64,000 nt of DNA, from positions 53,320,001 to 53,384,000 of the forward strand of contig OX597829.1 of assembly GCA_951406725.2 (NCBI GenBank), read 5' to 3'. A program made the position numbers and the translations under genes. Source of the stretch: Octopus vulgaris (taxonomy: Eukaryota). The number at the start of each line of letters is the position of its first letter. The first letter of the stretch is position 1. Positions 49,491 to 62,623 of the stretch are shown here, one piece after another. The notes beneath the pieces are model-generated. The model saw nothing but the letters and a program-made list of their open reading frames with translations, was not told the origin of the DNA and did not search any database.

Positions 49491-50883
49491 TATGTGGCAC
49501 CATGGTTTTAGGATATCAATTCTGTTGTAGTGGTTAGGTCTTCTCGAGTACAGCAATGCACCATATATCTTGGTCTTTCATCTATCCTTCAAATTGTTAC
49601 ATTCAAATATGTTCATCGTTTTGTTTCCAGACCTAAAAATTACTAAAAGTATGTGTTATATTTGAAAATTTTATGGCTAGATAATCCTTTTGTTGTTTTC
49701 TAAATTTTTCCTGCACACTTCACATAATGCTATATATACGGTAACAAAGGAAAAGAATTCTTCAAAGAGGTGTGTTAAACATCCAATTCACTGGTACGTC
49801 AGTTGAATATCTCATAAATATGGATTTAATGCAAATTACAAACAAATTAGATACAACTGACAATCCAATAATTATAATGTAACATATGATATGAAGTTGA
49901 ATATCACATAAATGTACTTCATAGTATGTTATAATATAAATTATTGGATTGTCAATTGTATCTCTCTATTTAATTTATTGTTTGTAATGATATATACACA
50001 CACACACATACCGAGGGCTTTTAGCAGTACTATTGAAATTGGGAGGGTAAACAATAGTCTATACTGGTGGTTTTTCAGAATCGTTAGCACGCTGGGCAAA
50101 GTGCTTAGCAGTATTTTGTCTGCTGTTACATTCCAAGTTCAAATTCCGCTGAGGTTGACTTTGCCTTTCATCCTTTCGAGTCGATTAAATAAGTACCAGT
50201 TATGCAATTGGGTTGATGTAATTGACTTAATCCCTTTGTCTGTCCTTGTTTGTCCCCTCTGTGTTTTAGCCTCTTGTGGGCAATAAAGAAATAAATATTC
50301 AAAATACTGGAAATGCTCTAAAGATGGTAGGGGGCAGTGTGAAAAAAAAAGGCTCTCATCCATGTTTTTGAAATTCAGTTATATTGTTTATTTAGATTTG
50401 GTACCGTACAAATTAACTAAATTTAAATTCAAATTTGTTTTGTTGGCAGATTGCAAAAAAGAAAATCCTGGTAAGATATATTTATTTATATTGTTTGTCA
50501 TATTTGATAGTTCGCCTGAAGAAATTTGTTGCCCTCTTCCCACCATCTCTATCTCACACTTATTACTATTCTAAAGCAAATATTTTGAAATGTGTTCAGT
50601 ATTACCCATACAATATTTCATATACTTATGAAGTGCTCTGAAACAGGTTAAACTCCTGACTAGTGGAGTCTAGAATCTGTGCACTTAAGGTGCTGCTGCC
50701 TGAGGGAAAGTTATTATTCCCTCTTCCATATAAATTTTGGTCTGTGTCTTATCAAAACAAATCAAACTTTCAAATATATTACCAAATGACCATTATTTCT
50801 AAGCAGGCAAAAATTGGGATAAGCATTTTTATATGTATTTCTCTACTAATTCTATATTTAATTTAAAAGAATATTTTCTATTA

Positions 50884-50977
50884 AATGGTTGTATACTGTC
50901 AATCTAACCTGAACGTGACAGTAGGGGGTTACACCACCGCCGTCACGTTCACGTTAGATTGACAGTATACAACCATT
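50884..50977. repeat. 94-nt hairpin: 36-bp stem with one mismatch and a 22-nt loop
   Basis: aatggttgtatactgtcaatctaacctgaacgtgac pairs with gtcacgttcacgttagattgacagtatacaaccatt. Confidence 0.95.
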
Positions 50978-51321
50978 CTATCGCCCCACCACCGTACATA
51001 TCTCTATGAGAAATTTAGAAATTTAATATTTCTGATTTCTATTAAAAATCTTTATTAAACATTTATTTTAAGATATTCTTTCACATATTTTTTATAATTT
51101 CATGCCTAGAGATAAAATTAGTTAGGTAAATATCTATTTAAATTTTTGTTTTTAAATTGGTCCATGATTCTAGAATGCTTGTAGTTCTGAAACTTTTAAA
51201 ACCATTTTCTTTTACTATAGAATGTAATTAAAATACTGAATTTCTTTTGTTAGTAATTGCATCATGTAATGTCTTCTTCGTGTTAAGTGTTTTTCTCTGT
51301 AATTGTTTGTACTTTCTTCAG

Positions 51322-51531
51322 TCCAATTCAATTAAGAAGTATGTGTCATTAGCAAGTAATGGGAAAGATTCCAGTAAAGTGGACAAAGTGATGCACAGGG
51401 ACAAACATGAGTCTTCAGCTTCCCAATTCAAGAAGAAGTCAGTTGCGAGGATTAACATCAGAAATTCCCGATCAGATAATGTCAGGCTCCAGGCAAAAGA
51501 AAAATCGAAGTCTCCCGACAAAGAAACTAAG
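51322..51531 (+). CDS. GLYR1: GLYR1 exon 6 (SNSIKKYVSLASNGKDSS...KSKSPDKETK), K/S-rich linker
   Basis: TTCTTCAG acceptor; AAG|GTGAGG donor; 210 nt open, phase 0-0. Confidence 0.8.
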
Positions 51532-51780
51532 GTGAGGATGCAGATAGTGCTCTGCCTGTATTAATATTAATTATTTAGCTATTTTGTAATTTTTATTTTT
51601 TTAAATTCACTTTCAAAAATGTATAACTATTTCAGTTAAGGTTAGTGTGAATGAAAGTTCAATGATGTGTATATAGTAGTCATTTAAATATTTGAACAAA
51701 GGCATCTTGTATGGTGAAATTGAATGAGATGAATTCATGCTTAATTTGAGGAACATCCCTTCAGTATTTATAGATTGATA

Positions 51781-52112
51781 AGCCAGCGCCGCCCTGACTG
51801 GCTTCTGTACCGGTGGCACATAAAAAGCACCATCCGAATGTGGCCGTTGCCTTGGCTGGCTTCCATGCCGGTGGCACGTTAAAAGCTCCAACCGATCGTG
51901 GCCGATGCCGGACCCCCCCTGACACCTGTGCAGGTGGCGCGTAAAAGCATCCACTACACTCGCGGAGTGGTTGGCGTTAGGAAGGGCATCCAGCTGTAGA
52001 AACTCTGCCAGATCAGACTGGAGCCTGGTGCAGCCCCTGGCTTCCCAGACCCCGGTCGAACCGTCCAACTCGTGCTAGCTCGGAAAACAGACGTTAAACG
52101 ATGATGATAATG
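51781..52112 (+). mobile_element. RTE 3'-UTR fragment, sense to GLYR1
   Basis: Reverse complement of the conserved tail, ending gacgttaaacgatgatga. Confidence 0.87.
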
Positions 52113-53469
52113 AAGTAAGTGTTAGGCAGCTAAATTTCTTTTCAAACTTAAAATATTGGTTCATATAAACAATTCAGCAAGTCTGGACAGTTTTATAAGA
52201 ATAGTTGGTAATGTCCTTCCTAATAACTACCTAGCTATTGGAAGGAAATGTATTTAGTTTTAGATATAAATATTTAAGCAAATAATACATGTTCATAGTA
52301 AGGCAGTTGTTGCAGATTTTCAACTTGAGATCGTATGCAAGTAACATAGTTATCTGTTGATTCATTAGTAGATTGAATATATACACTGGTGGGATTCCTG
52401 ACCAGAAAATCTAATTAAAAATACAAACTCTTTCGAAACATCATTAATATTGGTTATCTGAGCAATTTTACAGAAAGGTAAATGAGTAAAGAAATAATTA
52501 CAAACAATATGTGTTGAACTAAGAATTTACTTTAAAGAAATTTCAAAGATTATTAATAGATATTTCTGTAATTAACTTCTTTTGGCATTAAAAAGAATAT
52601 TATAAAAAAAAAAAAAAAAAAAAAAAAATTCTACCACACTGATTTCTAGTTATGAGGGTAGAAGGAATGTAGCAGTTTGATAACTTATATAGTGAAATTA
52701 ACTTATAACCTCTTCAGAAATGTAAGAGAGAAAATATTAGATTAAACAAAAATCCATGGAAAGTGGTGGTGGTCTGTGTTGGTAAGACTTGTTTTATTGT
52801 TTTTTTGTTTGTTTGTTTTTTTTTTTTTGTGGAAAAAAGCAACAGAAAGAGTATAATGAATTCCCATGGGGGAGTGGAGTATCCATTTTGGACCCAGTCC
52901 TTCTACAAGGCTAAGGATGACAGGAGGGAAAAAAAGAATAGAGCAGGGTTTTGTTTTTATACTTTTGCTATTTTTGAGGGACTGGCTGCAACCGATTGGG
53001 GTTCCATCAGTTACTCTGTCATCTTTGTCTTGAAGAAGGTTACTTTTTCTGTCACCTTTTCCTAATAATATTAGGATAAGTGTGCATGTGTAAATTGAAA
53101 CCAAATTGTAACCTTTGCTGTGTGTGACCATTTCTTATTTTCTTTGTTTCCAATATTGTAAGGTAATTCTCTAGCTCATAACAATAAAAAAAAGTTTAAA
53201 TCATCCAAGTATTTCATAAGATGTAATATTTTATCCGTTATTTTATTTTTTTTTTTTGTACCAGGGCACTCAATAACTGATGGAATATGCGTTACTTTTT
53301 TTTTTTTTTGTCCAAGAGCAGTTTGGAATCCTGTTAGAATCTAATCTGATGACCGGCATGCAGTAAAATAAAAAATAAAAAATGACTTATGCCAGTTATG
53401 AGGTGGGATACAATCAGTACTGTAACCTAAAGTTGTTGGGTGTTTCTGGTCTTTAGACATTAGATACTT

Positions 53470-54150
53470 TCATCTAGGTGAGCCATCCAGACTCCCTCTT
53501 AGATGTACGGTTGCTGCTTGGATGCATCAGCTCTCAACCAAAGCAACTTGGCAGCTTCTGCAACTTCATTTCCAAACAGTATAGTCCTCTTCTATACCAC
53601 TCCTGCAAAGCCTTTACAGCCCTCCATTATAGGCTTGTGTTTTCCAACTTCTATTCTGGCACCACTTCTGTACCATTTCTTGGTAGTTTACAGTTTCTAT
53701 GTATTAGCTTATCAATACACTCTTCCCATAGCACTAAATTCTCATGATCATGTCTAGCTGGAGCAATGTTGAAATGTTGATACTATGTGCTATGGAAATT
53801 TCAGCTGCCTGCATCTGTGTGCAAATATCAGTCAGACAATATGTATAGAAGGGTTATCCTTGTTTTCTCTGCAGCTTTAACAAATTTAATTACCTTCTTC
53901 GCAGTGTACTGTTGTGTATTTACACTGATGGCAATGGCTGAACTTTCAGCAATTGCCTTTAGCATATGATCATGGCACCAGTGATAGCAATTTTCTCCAA
54001 GGGCTTTTGGACAGCTACTGGAGAGATGTTTTAAAGCTCCTCTTTCAGAACAGAGTGGGCAGGATGGTTTCTCATTCTTGTCCCAGAAGTAAAATATTAG
54101 CAGATCTTGGCAAGGAATCATAGACATATAGGTGTGATGGAAGTTCACCT
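53470..54150 (-). mobile_element. Decayed fragment of an RLE-type (R2/R4/NeSL-like) non-LTR retrotransposon C-terminus
   Basis: CPLC-x7-H-x4-C knuckle followed by YHWCHDHML (WRHD/N-like), then WEE...EGCKGFAG remnants of the restriction-like endonuclease. Confidence 0.7.
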
Positions 54151-54854
54151 GCATGACATCTGACTTTAACTGATTTGAAAAATGCTGACTGTTTTAAGCT
54201 GTTTTGTAGTTTCCACCTAAACTCATAAATGTATCTTTATAAAATGCTGTCAATAAATAATACAGATTAGTAGCATTTAGAAGATAATGATTAATTAAGC
54301 TGTGCATCTGAGAGACCTAGAAATTAATATTTCTACATTAATAGTGTTTATGATGCAAACATTGTATAAATCGAATATAAATCAGTTGCTTTATCAGAAT
54401 GTTTTCGACTGCTCTGAACAGCTCTTGTATCTTTCATTTGACATGGTTTTCTAATGTTAATAATAGGTTTAATTAATAGAAGGAATTAAATCAACAAAAA
54501 ATTATCTGGTTGATTTTATTTGCTGATTCTGCCAGATCAGTAGAATTGATGTGTTTCATCTTTAGACTGAACATTTGTTAGTCAGTATCTGTAGGGGGGA
54601 AAAATGGATATGGAAGGAATTCTATAGGACTGAGTTGGAAAGAATGAGAAAAGTGTTTGTGATAGATTTGGAAGAAAGGGGAGGCACTGTAAGATTATGG
54701 GAAAAGGGGACAGATGGAAAGTGATGATATGCCTAAAACTAGATCAAAGGAATAGAGGTATTACTGAGAGAATTTGTAGTATATTTATGAAACATTAAAT
54801 GTAGTTTGCTGAAATCAGTAAAATTTTGGTCTAGAAGGTGTTTGCAGCAGTAGA

Positions 54855-55165
54855 TCATCATCATTTAACATCCATTTTCCATGCTGGCATGGGTTGGATG
54901 GTTTGACTGAAATCTGGAAAGCCAGTGGCTGCACCAAGCTCCAATCTGATCTAGCAATGTTTCTACTGCTGGATGTCCTTCCTAATGCCAACCACTCCGA
55001 GAGTGTAGTGGGTGCTTTTTATGTTCCACTGGCACAGGAGCCAGTCAGGTGAGCCTGGCATCAATCACATTTGGATAGTGCTTTTTACGTGTCACTGGCA
55101 CGAGAGCCAGTCAGGGGGCACTGGCATCGGCCATGTTCGGATGGTGCTTTTTACGTGCCACCAGA
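54855..55165 (-). mobile_element. RTE 3'-UTR fragment
   Basis: Conserved tail and repeat units. Confidence 0.82.
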
Positions 55166-56198
55166 AGGTGAATGGAAAACTTGCAGACTTTGATCCTCAA
55201 AAGAACCATATACTTTTGTGACTAGTAGTATTGCAATGGGGAATGGTTTGATTCAGGAATTGTAGATGGTATTCTTTACTGTATTGCAGTAACTGCAGGT
55301 AAATCTCTTGGCTGTTTTGGAATTGCATTTTTGTTGGCTTGAGGAATAACATGCTTATATCCTTTATAGTGATATAGTGGAGAGTTAAGGGTAGCAGATG
55401 ATTTGGCCTTTGTGCCAGATGTATCAGTGTGTATGTGTGAGAGTCTTGGTTGGTACATGGAAGTTCCTAAATACAATGATTTCAGAAAGAAGTGAGATAG
55501 ATGTCTTTGACAAAGGGAATGAAATGTCCAATAATTAATAAATAATCTGACAAAAAATGACTTTCTCAAGCCATTGGGCAAACAGCTATACACTCATTCA
55601 AACTGCTCGGAAATAACAGCCAAATTTTCTTAAACTACTTACCTGAATGGAAGAACATAGGGCAATGATGTAGATGTACCAAAAGAGAGTGATCACGAGA
55701 TAGAATACTTATGACTTTAGGTCTGTTTAAATTAGAACTGATTTGGATTTACCCAGTGGTTAAAAAGTGTCTTATTGTGATAATCTGACCTTTGAAAGAA
55801 TATGAAAAATATATAAAGAAATTTGATCAAAGTTGAATTAACTGAGATTTAAGCAAGTAACCTATCGTCATCATCATTTAACATCTGTGATTAATTTAAA
55901 TGATTGTTAACAGGAGGAAAGGAACAGTATAAAAATTATTTATTCCTAAGGTCATATCATCATCATCACCACCACCATCTGTGAACTTGTTCATGTTAGA
56001 ATGGGTTATACAGAGCTTTTTGCAATAGTTTTAGGGCTGGATGCCCTTTCTGACACCAACCATTTTAGTCTTCTCTTTCAACATGCAGTATAAAACCTGC
56101 GATACATACACTTATTTCATATAATAATATCAAGCCGTTTAAAATATTTGTCTTACTAGATTTTACATTTGTTGCTGATGTTTTAACTCTATTTTCAG

Positions 56199-56432
56199 GA
56201 TGAATCTTCACCACTGAAGCCAAGCTTGAAACGACTAAGCTCTTCTAATTATGCACCAAAAAATAAGAAATCAAAAATGGTTGTTAGAGTTGCAGCACCA
56301 CAAACTAAGACTGATATTCCAAGTAGAAAATCTGTCAGCAAAAAGGCTAATTTATCTTTAAATCGCAAGAACAGTCCATTAAAGCCAAAAGCCCATCAAA
56401 ATTCTATCAAACTCACTGAGAATAATGTATAT
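56199..56432 (+). CDS. GLYR1: GLYR1 exon 7 (DESSPLKPSLKRLSS...KLTENNVY), basic linker
   Basis: TTTTCAG acceptor; GTAAGT donor at 56433; 234 nt open, phase 0-0; the SPLK motif recalls the human GLYR1 linker. Confidence 0.8.
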
Positions 56433-56949
56433 GTAAGTTAATGACTTTAAATATATTTAATATTATCGTATTGTCTAAAGTTTTGTAATGAATTAATGCT
56501 TTTATACTAATTATTCATTGTCTCTTATCCACTAAAACACTGGTGTATGCACAATTTTTATTGCATTTTAGGTTAAGTGTTTAGAGAAGGACAAACATTT
56601 TGGTGAGATTAAGAAAATGAATGTTATTTTTAAGTTCTGTAAAAAAAAAAAAAAGGAGCTAGTAAAGTATATATCCTTAGAGCGATTTTATTGCAGTCCC
56701 TACCTGTGAATTTTTTATATTTGTGCTAAAAACCACGTTCAGATGGTGCTTTTTACAAGCCACAGGCATGGGGGGAGCCAGTCAGGCAGCTCTGGCAACA
56801 ATCCATGCATGAATGGTGCTTATTGTGCATGCCACCAGCACTGGTATCGGCCACGACCACAATTTCCATTTGATTTACTTGACTCAGTAGGTCTCCTCAA
56901 GCATGGTATGTTGCCCGGCAATTCAAAGGTACTTTTTAAATGGACATGT

Positions 56950-57178
56950 ATGTGTGTATATATTTATGTGAGTGTCTTTGTGTGTGTCCCCTCATTGCTT
57001 TGACACCACTGTTAGTGTGTCTATATCCCTGTAACTAGCAGTTCAGCAAAAGAGACTGATAGAATAAGTACTAGGCTTACAAGGAATAAGTCCTGGGGTC
57101 GATTTCTTTAACTAAAAAAACCCTTTAAGGCAATGCTGCAGCATGGCCACAGTCAAATGACTGAAACAAGTAAAAGTA
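56950..57178 (+). mobile_element. SINE 3' half, same family
   Basis: Similarity to 35470-35670. Confidence 0.8.
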
Positions 57179-58365
57179 TACAGTTGATCTAGAAGATAGT
57201 TGAATACAGACCCTGCTGGCTGCACATCTATGGCCTCTGACCAGCCATCTATCTTTATGATGAATTTATGGTTTCAAACTTTATTCAGTTATGTTATCAC
57301 AACATTATATTTACTTGCACAGAACCATACCATTTTCCCCTATAAAACCACTTTAAAATATCTTTCAATACAAGTATACCAAAACATACTTGATTTGTTT
57401 TCCCCCTCCTTATCCTTTGATATCTCTTTTCCCATACTGGCATGGGTTGGATAGTTGAACAAGAACAGATGAGCCACTTAAACTAGTTAAACTCTATAAA
57501 TATTATCAGTTGATTTGTTGTTAAAAAAAATAATGTAATCAAAATAAGTCAAAATGTTTTCAAGATCTGAAAATTTCTTCTTAGGAGATAACTTGCTTTA
57601 AAAAAAAGAAGGGAAAAACTCATATATGCTTATGCCTATTAGACTAAGTATATTTGTATCATTTGAAAATGGCAGTGAATTTATATTTTTAATGGAAGTC
57701 CTTACATAATATTTTAATATATTTTGCAGGGAATAATCTGCAACTTCACATTTTTTTCTATAAACATATTAAATTCTTAATCTCTCTCTCTGCCTGGGAA
57801 ATAGTCTCTTTTAAGAATAAACTTTCAGCATTTTCATATGTATGCATGTGCAATGTGCACATGCGTTATGCATGTAGGTCACAATATAGACCACATGGTC
57901 TCTGCTCCACCCTCACTGTGTGACACTTTGGGCAAGTGTCTTCTATTATAACCACAGGCTAACCAAAGCCTTCTTAGTGGATTCAGTAGATATAAGCTGG
58001 AAGAAACCCATCATACACACACACACACATCATCTTCATCATCACTCATACACACACACACGTGTATGTATCACTGTCTTTGCCTTGGCATCATGTAATA
58101 ATTGTAAATGGGAAATGTCCTTCATCTCCAAGATTCTGTGAAAACGTCTGGCCATGGAAAATCTGCCTCGATAAATTTCCATCTGATCCATGCAAACATG
58201 GGAAAGTGGATGTTAAATGAGAATGCTAATGATGTAATATGTATGAATATTTGCATGTATACATATATAGTTCTTTATATAAATATACATTCAAAGACAC
58301 ACCAACACACACACACATACAATGTATGTGTGTACAAATATCATCATCATAATCATCTGATTTAA

Positions 58366-58586
58366 CCCTTGAGCATTTAAACCGGCCATATCCGGCCAAA
58401 AGTATTCTGCCTGTTTTATGTTCAAACTGGCCAGATCTGGTCTCTCACACCAACCCTACAATATCATTTTAAAAATTAACAGCTACCTCATCAAAATCTC
58501 ATAGCTACAAGATAATGCATGATTAGTTCAAAACAATTTGGACAAAGAAGCATTAATTTTGGCAGAATAATGCAAACACTAAAGGG
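58366..58586 (-). mobile_element. piggyBac-like MITE, same family
   Basis: TTAA|CCCTTGAG...CTAAAGGG|TTAA; reverse complement of 62419-62623. Confidence 0.85.
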
Positions 58587-58660
58587 TTAATGTGAGTTTC
58601 CCATGCTGGCATGGGATGGAGAGTTTGACAGGTTCCAGTGTACTTAAAAAGGAAATTTAA

Positions 58661-58853
58661 CCCTTTAGCTTTTAAACCAGCCAGATCCAGCCCAAATATA
58701 TTACGTTTAAACTGGCCCCTCACACCTATCTGATGATGTCATAGTAAAAATAAACAAGTATATCATCAAACTCTGATTGCAAAAAGATGATGTATTAGCA
58801 AGTCCAAACAATGTGAATAAATAACCTTTACATTTGACTGAATTGCTGAAGGG
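58661..58853 (-). mobile_element. piggyBac-like MITE, same family, older copy
   Basis: TTAA|CCCTTTAG...CTGAAGGG|TTAA. Confidence 0.8.
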
Positions 58854-58985
58854 TTAAAATATTTGATTAATTTCTTTTACATTATCCTGAAGCAAATTTG
58901 TTTGTGGAAAAAATGTTTGCTTAATTCTTTTTTAAGTATACTCTTATTCCTTATTTTACTGTTGACTATTTGAAATCTCTTTCAG

Positions 58986-59198
58986 GAATCAGCACAGTTA
59001 CCAGTGAAGTCTGTATCATCTGCCACACAAATTGAAGAGACTCTTCTTTCAAGGTCTATTTCTTCAGTTAATACAAATGTTTATCCTACAAAATTGAAAA
59101 TTGGTTTCCTTGGTTTGGGGATCATGGGGCAAGGAATGGTGATGAATTTAATACGCTCTGGCCACGAGGTTACTGTCTGGAATCGAACCTCAACTAAG
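58986..59198 (+). CDS. GLYR1: GLYR1 exon 8 (ESAQLPVK...[39 protein letters not shown]), start of the NAD(P)-binding Rossmann fold
   Basis: TTTCAG acceptor; AAG|GTACTT donor; IGFLGLGxMG and VTVWNRT match the 3-hydroxyisobutyrate-dehydrogenase-like domain of GLYR1. Confidence 0.95.
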
Positions 59199-59235
59199 GT
59201 ACTTTTGAAAATTTTTGTTGTCTCTATTTGTTTAT

Positions 59236-59468
<233 letters not shown>

Positions 59469-59479
59469 AACAACAACAA

Positions 59480-60165
59480 TAAGGTGGTGAGCTGGCAAAA
59501 CGCTTAGTGACATTTTGTCTATCCTTATGTTTTGAGTTCAAATTCCATTGAAGTCAACTTCGCTTTTCATCCTTTTGGGGTCAATAAATTAATTACCAGT
59601 GAAACACTGAGGTCCATGTAATCGACTGGTGCCCTCCCCCAAATTTCAGGTGTGTGCCTATAATAGAAAGGAGTTATTATTATTATATTAAAACTCATAG
59701 CTTATATTGCTGGGTATGATGGAAAGTGTCTGCTATCCACAGCCAGCAGGCTAAGGTAACACTTGTTTTACTGGTCATGCTTTAAGAACCTTGTGAAGAA
59801 TTCTTGCAGTTCCAAGCAATGCTGATTTAATATTAATAATAAGGCAATGAACTAGCAGGATTGTTACTGTGCCAGGCAATGCTTAGTGGCTTTTCTTCTG
59901 GCTTTTTATTTTCTGAGGTCAACTTTGCCTTTCATCCTTTCAGGGTTGATAAATAAGCACCAGTTGGGGTTGATGTAATCAATTAGCTTCCTCCCCCAAA
60001 ATTTCAGGCCTTGTGCCTATAGTAGAAAGAATTATATGGTAAGCTTACAGAATCATTACCATGTTGGAGAAAATGCCTCATGGTTTTTGTTCTGTATTGA
60101 AATTCCACTGAAGCCAACTCTGCTTTTCATCCTTTCAGAGTTGATTGAATTAGTACCAGTTGAAT
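59480..60165 (+). mobile_element. Cluster of three decayed copies of another tRNA-type SINE family (a further copy at ~50075-50290)
   Basis: Recurring gttcaaattcc..gaggtcaactttgcctttcatcctttc..gggttgataaat..gtaccag. Confidence 0.75.
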
Positions 60166-60398
60166 ATTCCCTCCAAAATCAGAAACAGTTATTATTTATA
60201 AGCTTTTGTAAACCTTTCTAAAACAAAATATATATTTACTTGATAATATGCATTGCTTGTCAGCACTCTGTGTATGAAAATAATTCATAGTTTTCCCCTA
60301 ACAGCCCAAACCATTTCCTACATTAATTTCTTTTAAATGCAACAGCATGTATTTTATTTTTCTGTTTTTTCACATTTTTGTTTCTAAATTCTCTTCAG

Positions 60399-60509
60399 TG
60401 TCGGGATTTTATTAAAGAAGGTGCCTTAAAGAAAAATACACCTGCAGATGTTGTACATGCTTGTGACATTACCATTTCTTGTATATCTGATACTGCAGCT
60501 GTGAAAGAT
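60399..60509 (+). CDS. GLYR1: GLYR1 exon 9 (CRDFIKEGALKKNTPADVVHACDITISCISDTAAVKD); gene continues beyond the window
   Basis: TTCAG acceptor; GTAAGT donor; closely resembles human GLYR1 [37 protein letters not shown] (recalled sequence). Confidence 0.95.
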
Positions 60510-62418
60510 GTAAGTTTATTTTATACTTCATACTTTTGTATCTTCTTTGCTGACTAGAAAATATTGTATTTTAATTAAATCCTAAAATAATCCTTGAATT
60601 TAGACTAGTTTTGTAAAGCAAATACTTTACCAGTTTGGTGTGGCCTCTCAATCTACAATCTCATTCTAAAATTAAGCAATCATATCATCAAAATCTCAAA
60701 GCTGCACGATAGCACATAAATTAATTGAAAACAAAATCAATAAGCATTACATTTGATAGAGTAATCTGAATGCTAAAGGGTTAAGATAGTATTCTTTAAC
60801 AATTGTTCTTACTCCAAAACTAAGTCTTTACCCATAACTACACTGCCAGTAAAGATATTTGTTAATCACACACATACCTTTTTTTAATAGTAGACTGTTA
60901 TATAGTTAAAGTCTCGTTAGTTACTATGGTGACAACAGTCTACCTATCTTTCTTTCACACACACACACACACTCTCTCTCACAGTATTTCTCACTCAACA
61001 ACAACCACCTGTTTTTGTCTTGAAACAAATTTTAATTCTGTCTTTCACACAAACTCTCTCTCTCACTGAATTTCTTTCTCAACAACTACCTCACGTTATA
61101 GTGAATGTCTTTTTTAAAGTATGTGTTGTGTTTATGTTGAAAGATATACAGTAACATACACACTCACAGAAATACGCACAAACTACAACCAAAAAAATAA
61201 CTTTATTGTAAAATAGTGAAAGTGTTTCTTTTTAATTTTCTTTTTTGTGTGTGTTGCATTGCATTGTCTCTATGTGGAAAGACATACAGAAACACAGAAA
61301 TATACGCACATGCGAACAACAAAAAAATCACTATATTGTTATATAATGAAAGATTTTCTTTCAAGCTGTGTTGCCTTGTGTTGAGAGAGTTGCACTTAAA
61401 ATTGCCACATTTTAAATCAAATTCGCATTAGTTACTATGGTGACAACACTACCTATCTCTCTATCTTTCACACACACACACACTCTATTTCTTTCTCACA
61501 CTCGCACTGTATTTTTTGCTCAACATTTTCTTCTTTTCCTCCCTCTAATGGATGTTGTGACAGGCAGACAGAGATCCACTTCTTTTATAATTATTTTACA
61601 CTGCATTACAATATTTTAGTTTTCACACAGTTCTACTCGTATAATTAGTTAATTCAGTTATGTTGATTACATTTTGAAATCCCTTTTTCACATATGCTCT
61701 TTAATGTTTAACTCATTAACATCCAGTAAAACATTAGTCTGCATGATGCCATATCCATCTAATACTGCATGAAACTACAAATTGTGTCTCTTCCCCATTT
61801 GTATTAAAGGAAGTTATGAACGCTTTAATCTGAGGAGGAAAACTTTAATCCCTTCCTCTGTTATTTCTTTACCTTTTCTAATGTTTGCTATTAACATTGG
61901 CCCACGTGTTGTTGAAATTTACCTCCCCCCCCCAACCTCAGTTTTTGCATTGAAACTTTGATAAGTGGAAGCTAATCATTCTTTGAGTGACAACTTATTT
62001 GATGATCATGTCAGTGAATTAAATAGCTTACCACCATATCACGTTGAATACACCGGTTATCATCTGATGATAGAGGCTTTGGGGATAACCAGAGTTTTCT
62101 ATCTATTTCTTCTGTTTGCACTTGAGGTCGGGTGTTGATCTGTCAGATTCAAATGAATTGTGCTTAGTCCAGAAATAACTTTAAGGATTTGAGTATTTTT
62201 TATTTATTTATTTTTTGTTGGGTGGGGACATCCTGCAATTTTCTCCATTTAATTTGTTCAACAAACTGATTACTGATTGGTACATGGGGCAATAGAGAGT
62301 TGTCACCTTTGTTCTGTGTTGAAATTTTAGCATCTGTGTGTATGTTGCTTGTAATAGGAGTAATCAAGGGAAAACATTTAAAAATTTTTTTTGATGTTTG
62401 TGTTTCCATTGCTCTTAA

Positions 62419-62623
62419 CCCTTTAGTGTTCAGATTATTCTATCAAACATAATGCTTATTAATTCACATTGATTTGAATTAATCATGCATTATCTCATAT
62501 CTTCAAAGATCTTGATGGTGTAATTACATTGTAGGGTAGGTGTGAGAGCCTGGATCTGGTCAGTTTGAACATATAACAGATTAACTATTTTGGCCGGATA
62601 TGGCCAGTTTAAATACTAAAGGG
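62419..62623 (+). mobile_element. piggyBac-like MITE (~200 bp, multi-copy family)
   Basis: TTAA|CCCTTTAG...CTAAAGGG|TTAA; related copies near 28055-28280, 34440-34632, 35148-36050 (interrupted) and 60630-60780. Confidence 0.85.
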
